Part shown: positions 1 through 10,280 of the stretch, one piece after another | How the letters are laid out: every line of letters begins with the position of its first letter | How positions within the stretch are numbered: position 1 is the stretch's first letter | Source of the DNA: an uncultured bacterium | GTDB taxonomy: Bacteria > Babelota > Babeliae > Babelales > Vermiphilaceae | NCBI GenBank assembly: GCA_963702025.1 | Contig: OY969699.1 | Span: forward strand, 160,001-224,000 | Direction of reading: 5' to 3' | Length of the DNA: 64,000 nucleotides | Position numbers and translations under genes: made by a program | Notes under the pieces: generated by a model | What the model was told of the DNA's origin: nothing | The model's database searches: none | The model's input: the letters and a program-made list of their open reading frames with translations, nothing else

Positions 1-101
1 CTTCCCAGCCTTCGACTTATTTTAAAATAGAACTTTACAAAAAAAAAAAACAAATAGCCTGCTAAGTGTATTTTGCTTTTTACTTTAAAAAAGGAGATTT
101 A

Positions 102-1607
102 ATGCAAAATTTACATTGGTTACTCTTACTCTCTTTTCTCTTGCCCTGGAAAATGTATAGCGATGAATGCTCACCCGCCAAGGCAAATGAAATTCAGTGC
201 CCGAGCAATATCATTCACCCCAAAACTTTTTTCAGTCCACGCCAAATTACTTTTGATTCTACGTTCGAACTTGCACTTGCTAATTATGATATATACCATC
301 CGTTAGACTGCGATGTTTCATGCGGGTACGGATTGCATCTGTATGCCACACCATTTTACGAGCAATCTAGAAAATCTTGTTCTCTTGCCCGTTATTTCTT
401 ACCCAATGGCAAATGTGCCATTAACGTGAAACAAGATGGAACCGGTGATGTTGATCCATTATGGCTCGGTTTAGTGGGAGTTCCGGGAAGTCCGTATAGC
501 TCAATTTTTGGTCTAAAGCCACAACGCAAAGCATACGGCGCTGTTTTTAATGCACGAATTGATTTAGGTGCATGGTCGGATTGCCTGTGCAATTATTGGA
601 TTTGGATCAATACTGCAGTAGTGCAGGCCAAACACAACATGCACGTATGTGAAGTTCCGGCAACCCAAGATACGTGTGTTGTTGGTGCCGACATGTGTAC
701 GGCACTTAATAACCCTTCCTGGACCGCAGGAAAAATTGCTTGTGAATCAAGAAAAAGAACGGGCCTTGACGATATACAAATAAAACTTGGTTACGATTGG
801 TATTATTGCGGATGCGATCAAGATAGCCACATTGCTCCCTACCTTATTGGCGGAATTCCGACCGGAAAACGACCAAAATCAGAATATTTATTTGAACCGT
901 TAGTTGGCAGCAAGCATGGTAGCTTTGGCGCCGGTCTGAATGCTGACGCAAACATTTGGGCATGCAATGATGCATCAATTGTTTGGATGATGGATTTTAA
1001 ATATCGGTATATTTTCAAAGCCCGTGAACGGCGCTCATTTGATCTATGCGCCAATGGAGATTGGTCACGGTATTTATTGCTGGCAAGTAGCACCGATCCA
1101 ATAACACCGATTCCGGCGATTAATATTCTCACTACTGAGGTGCATGTTACGCCACGCAGTGAAATAAACTTTTGGACCGCGTTACATTACGCATACTGCA
1201 ATTATGGCTTTGAATTGGGCTACAATCTCTGGTACCGTCAACGTGAAAAAGTACGATTAGATGTTCCACCTGCAATTGCTAATCTAGGAATTTATGATCT
1301 TGCCGGTGCAGCAGTACTTAATCCGGTTTCAGCAAGCACGGCAAATATTTCTCAATCAATCGGTGGCAGCAATCCGGTGGTCAGCGATCCAACGTTTGTA
1401 ACACTTACTCTGGCAAATCTCAATCTGGAATCCGCGGAACATCCACGCGCGGTAACGCACAAAGTTTATGCGGGCGGAGATTATCGCTGCTGCTGGTGCC
1501 AAAACGAAGTATTGCTCGGCCTAGTTGGATCCTATGAATTTACCGGCACTAAGCGCACTGCGCTGCAACAATGGGCAATCTTTGGAAAGTTGGGCATATC
1601 ATTTTGA
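102..1607 (+). CDS. Cys-rich secreted protein, probable outer-membrane beta-barrel
   Basis: AAGGAG RBS precedes the ATG at 102; N-terminal signal peptide; alternating aromatic strands; C-terminal Phe (GKLGISF); about 20 Cys. Confidence 0.55.
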   Translation: MQNLHWLLLLSFLLPWKMYSDECSPAKANEIQCPSNIIHPKTFFSPRQITFDSTFELALANYDIYHPLDCDVSCGYGLHLYATPFYEQSRKSCSLARYFLPNGKCAINVKQDGTGDVDPLWLGLVGVPGSPYSSIFGLKPQRKAYGAVFNARIDLGAWSDCLCNYWIWINTAVVQAKHNMHVCEVPATQDTCVVGADMCTALNNPSWTAGKIACESRKRTGLDDIQIKLGYDWYYCGCDQDSHIAPYLIGGIPTGKRPKSEYLFEPLVGSKHGSFGAGLNADANIWACNDASIVWMMDFKYRYIFKARERRSFDLCANGDWSRYLLLASSTDPITPIPAINILTTEVHVTPRSEINFWTALHYAYCNYGFELGYNLWYRQREKVRLDVPPAIANLGIYDLAGAAVLNPVSASTANISQSIGGSNPVVSDPTFVTLTLANLNLESAEHPRAVTHKVYAGGDYRCCWCQNEVLLGLVGSYEFTGTKRTALQQWAIFGKLGISF

Positions 1608-1652
1608 GAAGTTGAAAAAGAAAATCACTAAAAAAAGAAGAGTTCAATATAT

Positions 1653-3980
1653 ATGAGAATAATAAACACAAAAATTTTAACTTTATTTTTTGCTCTAGCA
1701 CTGGCCTGGGTGCCGTATGCTGAAGCAAAAATAGAACGAGCGGTTACCCAACCTGCATGTAACCAGTTATATGACGTTATTATTATTGGTGCGGGGAATG
1801 CAGGATCGGTGCTTGCAAACCGCTTAACAGAAGATCCGACCGTCAATGTGCTTCTTATTGAAGCCGGACGCGATGATACCCGTTTAGCACCGCTCCTTCC
1901 TATTGATTTGACTAGCCCTTTGCCGAATAAAACAAACAATCTATGGTCAAGTTTGCCTCGTTTTGGCGCTACCCTTTTCGCCGCTAATCAGGCGCAAGGC
2001 TTTGTTGGTTGGCAATTTACTCCACTTTTGAGGGATGATCCAACCAGCAGATCTACTTTTTATGTACGGGGAGCCACGTTGGGTGGATCCACAATAAATA
2101 ATGGCACTATTGCATTACGTGGGCATTTTTATGTGTATGATGAATGGGATGCGGCAGTGGGTAATCCTGGCATATGGGCCTACAATGATCTGATTCCTTA
2201 TTTTAAAATAATGGAAAATCGTGGTCAGCACCGTGCTCCTTTTGACGCTTTGAGTCCTGGTGGACTTTATTTCAACCCTGCACAGCCGGCTAATACGCTT
2301 GGCGATTTTGATCCGGCTACCCAAGGAATAGGGGGACCGGTAACATTACTTTGGAATACCTTTATAGTTGATCCATTGTCTGGTGCATTAGCAGCTGCAT
2401 TGACGGGCAATACATATCCTGGATCTCCCATACCGGTGAACGTTGATCCTGATAACCAAACCAATACACAATATCTGAGCGGAGCACCATTTACACAATA
2501 TGATCAGTATGGCGCAGATTTTCCATCGCTTAACCCGTATACTGGATTTTTAGAATTCCCTACCGGTTATGGGCCATTTACTGGCATGATTCCACGTACC
2601 GAGCGCATGCATGCCGCTGGTTCATATTTGTATCCTATTCTTCCGGGTGGTTCAACTCCTCGCCCTAATCTCACTCTTCTTTCTGAAGTGCTTGTTACAA
2701 AGATTGTTTTTGACAATCAAAATAGAGCGATTGGTGTTCAGTATTTAGAAAGTAATACTGGCACACCAACCGGCACTTGGAATGTTTATCAAGCCGGCCG
2801 CCAAATGAATACATCTCGTGCCGGTATTGGTGGCACTCCATCTGATGCGAAAGCAAATGCAGCAGTAGCCTTAGAAGCAGGACCAAAAGTTGCGCGAGCA
2901 GCAAAAGAGGTAATTTTGTGCGGTGGAGCATTTAATTCTCCACAACTATTATTACTTTCCGGCGTTGGCCCTGCAGCTGATTTAGAAGCGCTCAATATTC
3001 CGGTAGTTGCAGATTTGCCTGGCGTGGGACAGCATCTTATGGACCATGCAGGGGTTGACATTGTCTGGAATCATAACACCCCTTACAATCCTCTTGTTGA
3101 TATCGGTTTAGGACAATTGCCACTAATTGTTAATTATTTTCTTGATTTTAAATCAACCGCTGCTCAGCCATTTGGGGACTTTGTTGCTGATTTCTATCCG
3201 GGAGGAACAACTCTGGGGTGGAGCGGTGGAAGCGATCTAATGGATGCTGTTAATTTCAATACTGATGTCTTTGGAAATGCGCGATATGATGGACCGCCGC
3301 AATATATCTATCCGTTTATCTTTAGTAATCAAGATGGCACGAGCTCAAACCAACGCTATGATCCGCCACTTGATCAAACCGTTCATGCTGCTATGCTTTT
3401 GGAAAAGCGAGGTAATATTCAATCAACCGGTTTCTTAAAATTGCAAAGTGCTGATCCTACAGTCCCCCCATACATAGTAATGAACTATTTGTTGGATCCT
3501 ACAGATATGCAAGACTATATCAATGCATTTACCGGTACCATTGCGCCATTGATACAAAACCTTGCAGGTGTCGCCCCAGGTTGGTTTGGTTCCTGGGTTG
3601 CACCGGGAATTGACAGCTTCTTACTGCCTAGTACTGGACCAATATTACTTCCCGACAATTCTAATTTCAATCAACCGGCATTTGAACAATGGTTATTAGA
3701 TCACGTTTGGGGTCACCATGCATGCGGAACATGCAAAATGGGACTTTCCACAGATCCTATGGCAGTTGTCGATGCGGATTTGCATGTGTATGGCGTGGAA
3801 CGAGTACGGGTAGTTGATTGCTCAATATTCCCTGTTATTCCTACTGCCAATACTCAAATACCTTGCTATGTAATGGCTGAACGCGCTGCCGATCTGATTA
3901 AAGCAGACTTACCAGCGATTACTCCAATTACTTCTATCAATCCTTTAGTTGATGCTCTTGTAGCCACCTACGGTAATTGA
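1653..3980 (+). CDS. GMC family FAD oxidoreductase with signal peptide
   Basis: DVIIIGAGNAG FAD-binding motif, RGATLGGSTINN, GAFNSPQLLLLSGVG, HHACGTCKMG, RVVDCSIFP..ANTQ. Confidence 0.9.
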   Translation: MRIINTKILTLFFALALAWVPYAEAKIERAVTQPACNQLYDVIIIGAGNAGSVLANRLTEDPTVNVLLIEAGRDDTRLAPLLPIDLTSPLPNKTNNLWSSLPRFGATLFAANQAQGFVGWQFTPLLRDDPTSRSTFYVRGATLGGSTINNGTIALRGHFYVYDEWDAAVGNPGIWAYNDLIPYFKIMENRGQHRAPFDALSPGGLYFNPAQPANTLGDFDPATQGIGGPVTLLWNTFIVDPLSGALAAALTGNTYPGSPIPVNVDPDNQTNTQYLSGAPFTQYDQYGADFPSLNPYTGFLEFPTGYGPFTGMIPRTERMHAAGSYLYPILPGGSTPRPNLTLLSEVLVTKIVFDNQNRAIGVQYLESNTGTPTGTWNVYQAGRQMNTSRAGIGGTPSDAKANAAVALEAGPKVARAAKEVILCGGAFNSPQLLLLSGVGPAADLEALNIPVVADLPGVGQHLMDHAGVDIVWNHNTPYNPLVDIGLGQLPLIVNYFLDFKSTAAQPFGDFVADFYPGGTTLGWSGGSDLMDAVNFNTDVFGNARYDGPPQYIYPFIFSNQDGTSSNQRYDPPLDQTVHAAMLLEKRGNIQSTGFLKLQSADPTVPPYIVMNYLLDPTDMQDYINAFTGTIAPLIQNLAGVAPGWFGSWVAPGIDSFLLPSTGPILLPDNSNFNQPAFEQWLLDHVWGHHACGTCKMGLSTDPMAVVDADLHVYGVERVRVVDCSIFPVIPTANTQIPCYVMAERAADLIKADLPAITPITSINPLVDALVATYGN

Positions 3981-3997
3981 ACGTATTTTTTTATCCC

Positions 3998-4023
3998 AAA
4001 AGGCCTTGTTAACAAGGCCTTTT
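3998..4023 (+). terminator. Intrinsic terminator-like palindrome
   Basis: aaaaggccttgtt-aacaaggcctttt directly after the GMC stop codon. Confidence 0.7.
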
Positions 4024-4275
4024 CTCTGAAAAGCATACCTAGGAGACGATTATTTCAATCTGAATTAAAAAAATGCAAAGTCATAAGAATTGCAATTAAT
4101 ATAAAACCGCTTATAATGAAGTTAAATGATTACTTTTAACGCTTCAGTTTTAAATGCATACCAAATCTATATATAATTACACCAACAGTTATTTATCTAG
4201 TTTCGGGAGGACTCCAGCGAGAACAAACTCATTTTTGTTGTTTTTTTTTAATTCTTTTATATAAGCGAATTTATA

Positions 4276-4590
4276 ATGAATATTTATGTTGGAAGACTTC
4301 CACGTACCTTCAATGAAGCAAAACTCAAAGAAATTTTTGAGCAATATGGTGTTGTGACCTCAGTAAAAATGATTAAAGACAAATTTACTGGCGCACTCAA
4401 AGGCTTTGCATTTATCGAAATGCCTGAAGATGAAAGCGCACAAAGCGCCATCGCTGCTTTGAATGGTAAGGAATATGAAGGCCAAAGACTCGTGGTGAGC
4501 GAAGCTCGTCCTCGTGAAGAGCGGCCAATGCGCGAAGGCGGCAGATTCCAAAGTCAACGTCCTCGCTTTGGTGGCAATAACCGCTACTAA
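4276..4590 (+). CDS. RRM (RNP-1) RNA-binding protein
   Basis: IYVGRL (RNP2) and KGFAFIEM (RNP1) motifs; Gly/Arg-rich tail. Confidence 0.92.
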   Translation: MNIYVGRLPRTFNEAKLKEIFEQYGVVTSVKMIKDKFTGALKGFAFIEMPEDESAQSAIAALNGKEYEGQRLVVSEARPREERPMREGGRFQSQRPRFGGNNRY

Positions 4591-4608
4591 TTTGATTTGA
4601 TTTTCAAG

Positions 4609-4645
4609 ATAAGGCGCCCGTAAAAAGGCGCCTTATTTGTTTTAT
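4609..4645 (+). terminator. Intrinsic terminator
   Basis: ataaggcgcc-loop-ggcgccttat followed by a T-rich tract. Confidence 0.75.
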
Positions 4646-4691
4646 TTCGCTAAACCCTTCACTGAACTCTGGCTAAAAAGATGGAAAAAGG

Positions 4692-5163
4692 CCGCTCGTG
4701 ATGAGTGCGAACGCAGTGAGTCCTTCGACGGTGCTCAGGATAAACTCCATGAGAGCGTACTGGTCCGGCGAAGCTTTAGCGAAGACGGATCGAACCATGC
4801 GGCCTAAAAATCATAAAGATAGTACTGATAGTGTTGAAAAAAGAATTGCAGAGCATGTCTCAGGTTCTTATCCTGGTTATACCAAAACACGTCTACCTGT
4901 AGAACTTGTATATATTCAAGAGTTTGCAAGCCGCGATGAAGCCTTTAATGCAGAACATCAAATAAAGAAATGGAATCGAAAGAAAAAGGAAGCACTCATT
5001 GAAAATGATTGGAACTCTTTAAAATTGTTGGCGAAAAAGAAATTTTATTGATAAATATTTATGAAACCCCGCATGGTTCGATACGATTGCTTCGCAATCA
5101 CTCACCACGAGCGGGGACTAATCCGCTCACCCTGAGTAGCGCCCAAGCGCGTATCGAAGGGTC
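4692..5163. mobile_element. Palindromic-repeat-flanked element containing a truncated GIY-YIG gene
   Basis: Left unit ccgctcgtgatgagtg...tcgaaccatgcgg (4692-4802, with nested insertions) is inverted relative to ccgcatggttcgatacg...cactcaccacgagcgg (5069-5114); a second unit lies at 5122-5163. Confidence 0.7.
4820..5051 (+). pseudogene. 5'-truncated GIY-YIG (YhbQ-like) endonuclease
   Basis: TDSVEKRIAEH..GYTKTRLPVELVYIQEFASRDEAFNAEHQIKKWNRKKKEALI matches the C-terminal part of the family; the N-terminal GIY/YxG strands are absent and replaced by repeat DNA. Confidence 0.75.
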
Positions 5164-5199
5164 GAAGCGAACGGATAATCCAAACAGCGCCTTATTTTT

Positions 5200-6585
5200 T
5201 CATGGTCTGCCCATCATCGCATAGGCAAAAGAATGATCTCTCAGCTGAGCAGGATCTAAAATATTACGCGCATCAACGATAATCTTTTGTTTCATCAGCA
5301 GGGCAGCCTGTGCAAGATCGATATACTTAAATTCATCCCACTCAGTAAGTATAATTGCCGCATCAGCCCCCTTGAGCGCCTCATAAACACTGTTCGTGTA
5401 ACAAAGACGGGGGAACAATTTACGCATGTTGTGCATAGCAGCCGGATCAAATGCTTGAATATTCACACCATTTTTTAATAACAGCTCAATAGTTGTTATC
5501 GCCGGTGAGTAACGGATATCATCGGTATTATTTTTAAAAGCAAGGCCAAGCAATGCAACGGATTTGCCCTCGAGCTCACCGTGCATGAGGGTGCTCAGCT
5601 TTTCAAATGGCTTTCTTTTTTGTTCCTCATTTCGCCTGAGTGCCGCTTCAACAACATGCATGGTTACACCAAAAGACTTGCCCATGTTATTCAGTTCATG
5701 GCAATCTTTGGGAAAGCAGGATCCGCCAAAACCGGGACCCGGTCGTAAAAATGCATTTCCAATTCTTTTATCAAGCCCCATCCCTTTGGCAACATCATCA
5801 ATATCAGCCCCCGAGTTATCACACACATCCGCAATTTCATTAATAAAGCTTAATTTGGTGGCAAGAAAAGCATTCGAAGCATATTTAATTGTTTCCGATG
5901 AAATAATACTGGTGCAAACACAGGGCACCCCGGCATCTAAAGGCGGTGCGTAAAGATTTTTCATATCTTCAATCGCCTGTTGGTTTGAACCACCTATTAC
6001 AATACGATCAGGATACATAAAATCATTAATAGCACTTCCCTCACGCAAAAATTCCGGATTTGAAACGAGATCAAAATTCTTTTGATCCACACCCAATTCG
6101 TTCAAAAACTGAACCATTTTGTTACCCGTACCGATGGGCACCGTACTTTTTATACAAACTATTTTATAGGTATCTAAATGATCAGCAATGCTCGAAAATA
6201 CTTGATAGATAGCAGAAAGATCAGCGCAACCATTCTGGCCCATAGGAGTTCCTACCGCAATTACAATTACATCGGATTTATCAATTGCGCTTGCCATGTC
6301 GGTGGTAAAATAGAGCCGTTGCGCCTCTACATTTTTTACCACCAAAGGAGCAAGCCCCGGTTCATAAATAGGAATATGATTATTATTGAGTTGTTCAATT
6401 TTTGATGCATCATTATCAACACAAAATACCGTATGCCCAAAATCAGCAAAACAAACACCGGTGATTAACCCAACATAACCGGTTCCGATAACCGTGACGG
6501 TTGAATGACCACCCTCACAAGAAATCGATGCTGATCCGAATAAAAAATTTACAATTAAAAATAGAATAATTTTTTTATTTTTCAT
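5200..6585 (-). CDS. ugd: UDP-glucose/GDP-mannose 6-dehydrogenase with signal-peptide-like N-terminus
   Basis: VIGTGYVG, KSTVPIG, SNPEFLREG, GFGGSCFPKD; RBS before the ATG at 6585. Confidence 0.9.
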   Translation of the reverse strand: MKNKKIILFLIVNFLFGSASISCEGGHSTVTVIGTGYVGLITGVCFADFGHTVFCVDNDASKIEQLNNNHIPIYEPGLAPLVVKNVEAQRLYFTTDMASAIDKSDVIVIAVGTPMGQNGCADLSAIYQVFSSIADHLDTYKIVCIKSTVPIGTGNKMVQFLNELGVDQKNFDLVSNPEFLREGSAINDFMYPDRIVIGGSNQQAIEDMKNLYAPPLDAGVPCVCTSIISSETIKYASNAFLATKLSFINEIADVCDNSGADIDDVAKGMGLDKRIGNAFLRPGPGFGGSCFPKDCHELNNMGKSFGVTMHVVEAALRRNEEQKRKPFEKLSTLMHGELEGKSVALLGLAFKNNTDDIRYSPAITTIELLLKNGVNIQAFDPAAMHNMRKLFPRLCYTNSVYEALKGADAAIILTEWDEFKYIDLAQAALLMKQKIIVDARNILDPAQLRDHSFAYAMMGRP

Positions 6586-6766
6586 AATCAACCTCTTTTG
6601 TTTCTTTATGATAGTACCGCAATGCAAAAGAAAAATTGAAGCATTTTTAAAAAATATTAATTTCAGATTGGAAAATAGCGATCTTTGCTTAAAAAATAAT
6701 CTCTTGTTTGATGCAATTAATTTTTGTTAGAAGAAATAGTAGGGAACAACCAAAAAAGGGGCTGGA

Positions 6767-7573
6767 ATGCGGTATTTATTCTTAGCAACTCAGTTACTTA
6801 CGGCTTGCGCATGCCTTTTTGCTACTGTTCAAAAAGAGATTATTGTTATCACCGCATCATATAATAATATTGAATGGGTTGAAGGGTATTTTAATTCAAT
6901 TGCCGGTCAGCAATACCAAAACTGGACGCTGATTTATATCGACGATGCCTCCACCGATGGCACTTATCAAAAGATGTTTTATCTGAGCAAAGCAAGCGGG
7001 CTTTCGGATAAAATATTTATTTTAAGAAATGATGCGCGACACGGACATTTACATAATCAGTATTATGCCATCCATTCGTGCCGTCCCAATGCGATTATTA
7101 TTATTGTGGATGGTGATGACAAACTTGCCCATGAGCATGTTTTTGAAGTAATTAATGCTGCGTATCAGGATGAAAATATATGGCTCACCTACGGGCAATT
7201 TCTCTATGTTAAAAAAAATAAAAAAGGTTTTTGTCGCCCGATTCCCAAAGAGACAATAGAAAATAATGCTATCCGCGAAATAAGTTGGCGCACATCACAC
7301 TTGCGAACCTTTTACGCTGGGCTTTATCACCAAATCAAATTTGAAGATTTACAATATAATGGCGCATTTTTTCCCAAATGCGCTGACGTTGTCACTATGT
7401 TTCCCATGATAGAAATGGCCGGATTTCACATCAAATTTATCCCCGAAATTCTTTATTTATACAATGACGACAATCCGCTTTCATATCACCACGATCCCGC
7501 GCATCAAAGAGAACTGGAAGCGTGTATTCGTAATATGCCCCGGTATCAGCCGTTAAAGGAAAAAGTATGGTAA
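6767..7573 (+). CDS. Glycosyltransferase family 2 with signal peptide
   Basis: ITASYN, IDDASTDGT, DGDD motifs. Confidence 0.85.
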   Translation: MRYLFLATQLLTACACLFATVQKEIIVITASYNNIEWVEGYFNSIAGQQYQNWTLIYIDDASTDGTYQKMFYLSKASGLSDKIFILRNDARHGHLHNQYYAIHSCRPNAIIIIVDGDDKLAHEHVFEVINAAYQDENIWLTYGQFLYVKKNKKGFCRPIPKETIENNAIREISWRTSHLRTFYAGLYHQIKFEDLQYNGAFFPKCADVVTMFPMIEMAGFHIKFIPEILYLYNDDNPLSYHHDPAHQRELEACIRNMPRYQPLKEKVW

Positions 7574-9081
7574 AAAAGCTTATTTTTATGTTTGCTCTCT
7601 GTTTTAATTTTGTAAACATGCGTGGCATCGAAGAAAAAAAGTTCATTATCGTGATCACGAGTTTTAATAATGCCGAATGGTGTGTAAAAAACCTTGAAAC
7701 AATCTTCTTTCAAAAAAATCCTGATAATACTGGTCTCTATGAAAATTATCGTGTAATAATTGTTGATGACTGCTCGTTAGATGGTAACGCTGAATATATT
7801 GAACGGTATGGCTATGCCTGCAATCAACAACATCGAGTAACCTTAATCAAAAACAAAACACGCAAAAGAGCGCTTGCCAATCTTTATTATGCATTGCAAA
7901 TGTGTGAGCCCGATGCAATTGTCTATAATTATGATGGTGATGACTTTCTGGCGGATGATCAGGTTTTTGCCTTAATTAATACCATTTATGAAGATCCGAA
8001 TGTGTGGATCACCTACGGCTCCTTTATTAATTGGCCAACAAATCAAATGGGATATTGCAAACCATTTCCGGATGAATACTGGCAAAAACAACTGTTTCGC
8101 AAAAAATGGTGGATGCCGGGGCAACTGCGCACGTTTTACGCATCACTGTTTCATCAAGTGAAACTCAAGGATCTCTTTTTTGAAGGGCCCTATTTTCAGG
8201 GCCAATTTTTCCCGGCAAATTCCGATCTTGCCGTTTATTATCCGATGATGGAAATGGCCGGCCCGCATTTCAAATTTATCCCCGATGTTATTTATATTCG
8301 CAATGTGGCCACACCAATTAATGATTTTAAGGCCAACAAAGATGTGCAAGTTCTTGGCAGTAAACTGATTCGTGAAAAGCAGCCCTACTCATATATCGAA
8401 TCACCGCGCTTTGACTATTTCAAACAATTTGAAAATCAAACCGCTGATCTCATTGTTTTCACTGAAAATCCTGATCTCGCGCAAAAACTTATAAGCTCAT
8501 GCGATCGGCTTATGCGCAACTACGCTCATATTCATCTCTTCTATCAGCAGGCGGCGCACACTGAAACTGCCTACCAAAAAATCGCTACGCAAAATGCTAC
8601 GGTGCAGTTGCACCCAATAACCGCCAATACTTGCAAAGATGAACTTCTTGCGACACTTGCTCATGGACAACCGTATATTCTTTTTGCCCATGATGGCGCG
8701 GTGCTCAGCAAATATACCGATTGTGCCGACTGTATTCTTGCGCTGGAAAAGGCATTTGCTTATGGATTTTATTTAAGTCTGGGAACCCAGAATTCAATTT
8801 CAGGCCAAACCGGCATGAAACAACCCATACCGGCACTCAATGAAATAAATAATACTATGTATGCATGGGCATTCCATTATGCCGATTCGGGTGATTGGCG
8901 CTGCTACAATAATTTAGATTTAACGCTCTATCGCACAACTACAGTGCGTGAACAACTGCAAGAATTGCAATTTACCAATCATCATGAGCTTTTTAGAGAG
9001 TGGTCGAAAATACCACTTGACCTTGAACAGGTTGGGCTTTGTTATGAACAGAGCAAAGTTGGCTATATAACGTGGCATTGA
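7567..9081 (+). CDS. Glycosyltransferase family 2 with signal peptide and an additional C-terminal domain
   Basis: ITSFN, VDDCSLDG, DGDD; paralog of the upstream gene (WxTYG, LRTFYA). Confidence 0.85.
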   Translation: MVKKLIFMFALCFNFVNMRGIEEKKFIIVITSFNNAEWCVKNLETIFFQKNPDNTGLYENYRVIIVDDCSLDGNAEYIERYGYACNQQHRVTLIKNKTRKRALANLYYALQMCEPDAIVYNYDGDDFLADDQVFALINTIYEDPNVWITYGSFINWPTNQMGYCKPFPDEYWQKQLFRKKWWMPGQLRTFYASLFHQVKLKDLFFEGPYFQGQFFPANSDLAVYYPMMEMAGPHFKFIPDVIYIRNVATPINDFKANKDVQVLGSKLIREKQPYSYIESPRFDYFKQFENQTADLIVFTENPDLAQKLISSCDRLMRNYAHIHLFYQQAAHTETAYQKIATQNATVQLHPITANTCKDELLATLAHGQPYILFAHDGAVLSKYTDCADCILALEKAFAYGFYLSLGTQNSISGQTGMKQPIPALNEINNTMYAWAFHYADSGDWRCYNNLDLTLYRTTTVREQLQELQFTNHHELFREWSKIPLDLEQVGLCYEQSKVGYITWH

Positions 9082-9165
9082 TTTCTTCAGCCTTTTATAA
9101 TTATGTACTTCGGTTATAGTAATTAAAAAGATGTTGAATTGAGAAATTAATATTAACTAAAAAAA

Positions 9166-9258
9166 GACCCTTCGATACGCGGAAAACCGCTACTCAGGGC
9201 GAGCGGATCTCTCCCCGTTCGTGGTGAGTGATTGCGTTAGCAATCGTATCGAACCATG
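9166..9258. repeat. Palindromic repeat doublet, inverted copy of 5069-5163
   Basis: gacccttcgatacgc..ctactcagggcgagcgga plus ccgttcgtggtgagtgattgcgttagcaatcgtatcgaaccatg. Confidence 0.85.
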
Positions 9259-9326
9259 TTTTGCAATATTTAAAGCATCAATCTCGCAATTCGACTTAAA
9301 AAAAGATAGTTTTATAGGAATCTCAC

Positions 9327-9842
9327 ATGAAAAAGTTATATGCTCCCTGGCGCGATTCATATGCCGGCGCAACAGACAAAACAAAAGAAGAAAATGCTCA
9401 ATCGCATGAATGTGTTTTTTGTGAATTTATTACAGAAAATAACGATGAAAAAAATTTTATATTACAACGCTCCGCGCATTGCTTTGTAATTTTGAACAAG
9501 TATCCCTACAATGCGGGCCATCTCATGGTGTTGCCGCTCAAGCACACAAAAAATCTTGCCGACCTAAGCAAAGAGGCACGGCATGAAATTATTGATGTGA
9601 TAGATCATTGCATGACAAGCGTAGAAAAAGTTTTGAAAGCAGAAGGATTAAACATCGGGTTAAATATCGGCCGCGCTTCTGGTGCCGGAATCCCAAGCCA
9701 TATGCATTGGCATATTTTACCACGTTGGAACGGCGACACTAACTTTTTACCGGCACTGGCCGATGTAAAAGTGGTTTCATTTGATTTAAAAGAAATTTAT
9801 GATTTGCTGAAGCCTGCATTTAAAAATCATACGATAAGTTGA
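9327..9842 (+). CDS. HIT family hydrolase (Ap4A phosphorylase/hydrolase-like)
   Basis: LYAPWR, CVFC, NKYPYNAGH, HMHWHILPRW triad. Confidence 0.9.
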   Translation: MKKLYAPWRDSYAGATDKTKEENAQSHECVFCEFITENNDEKNFILQRSAHCFVILNKYPYNAGHLMVLPLKHTKNLADLSKEARHEIIDVIDHCMTSVEKVLKAEGLNIGLNIGRASGAGIPSHMHWHILPRWNGDTNFLPALADVKVVSFDLKEIYDLLKPAFKNHTIS

Positions 9843-10114
9843 TCTTCTTCAGTTTGCATTGCTTGAATATTCAGACGAACAAAAAGCACTTTAACCATGC
9901 TTGCAACTCTGAGATATAATTCAGGATTTTGTTCACGAAATTCGTCGTTATTTAACAAAGCAACCAAACGCATCAGTTCATTGCGATCAACCGTTTTTAC
10001 TTGTTCTTGTTGCAGAGCTGCGATTTCTTCTGGAGTTTCTGCAATTTCTAATGCATTAACCTGACTTATGAAAGCTGAGAGTAAAAGAGCCAAAAAAGCA
10101 ATATTTTTCAACAT
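9827..10114 (-). CDS. Small secreted hypothetical protein
   Basis: Signal peptide ending VNA-LE; AAGG RBS. Confidence 0.65.
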   Translation of the reverse strand: MLKNIAFLALLLSAFISQVNALEIAETPEEIAALQQEQVKTVDRNELMRLVALLNNDEFREQNPELYLRVASMVKVLFVRLNIQAMQTEEDQLIV

Positions 10115-10280
10115 TTTATACCTTTTGTTTCCTAGGAAAAACTTATGTTCTAATAATAAGCTTACAAGCTATTTTTTAGAAAATCAATAATATTTCAGCC
10201 TGAAAATATCGCGATGTTGAACTTATAGTATTTTAATGTCATATTAATTTCATATCAATGGCAGAAACAAGAGGATTATT

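Noticed and set aside
4698..4819. N-terminal part of ORF 4698-5051 as genuine coding sequence
   Set aside because: It is translated nested repeat DNA and lacks the GIY/YIG motifs
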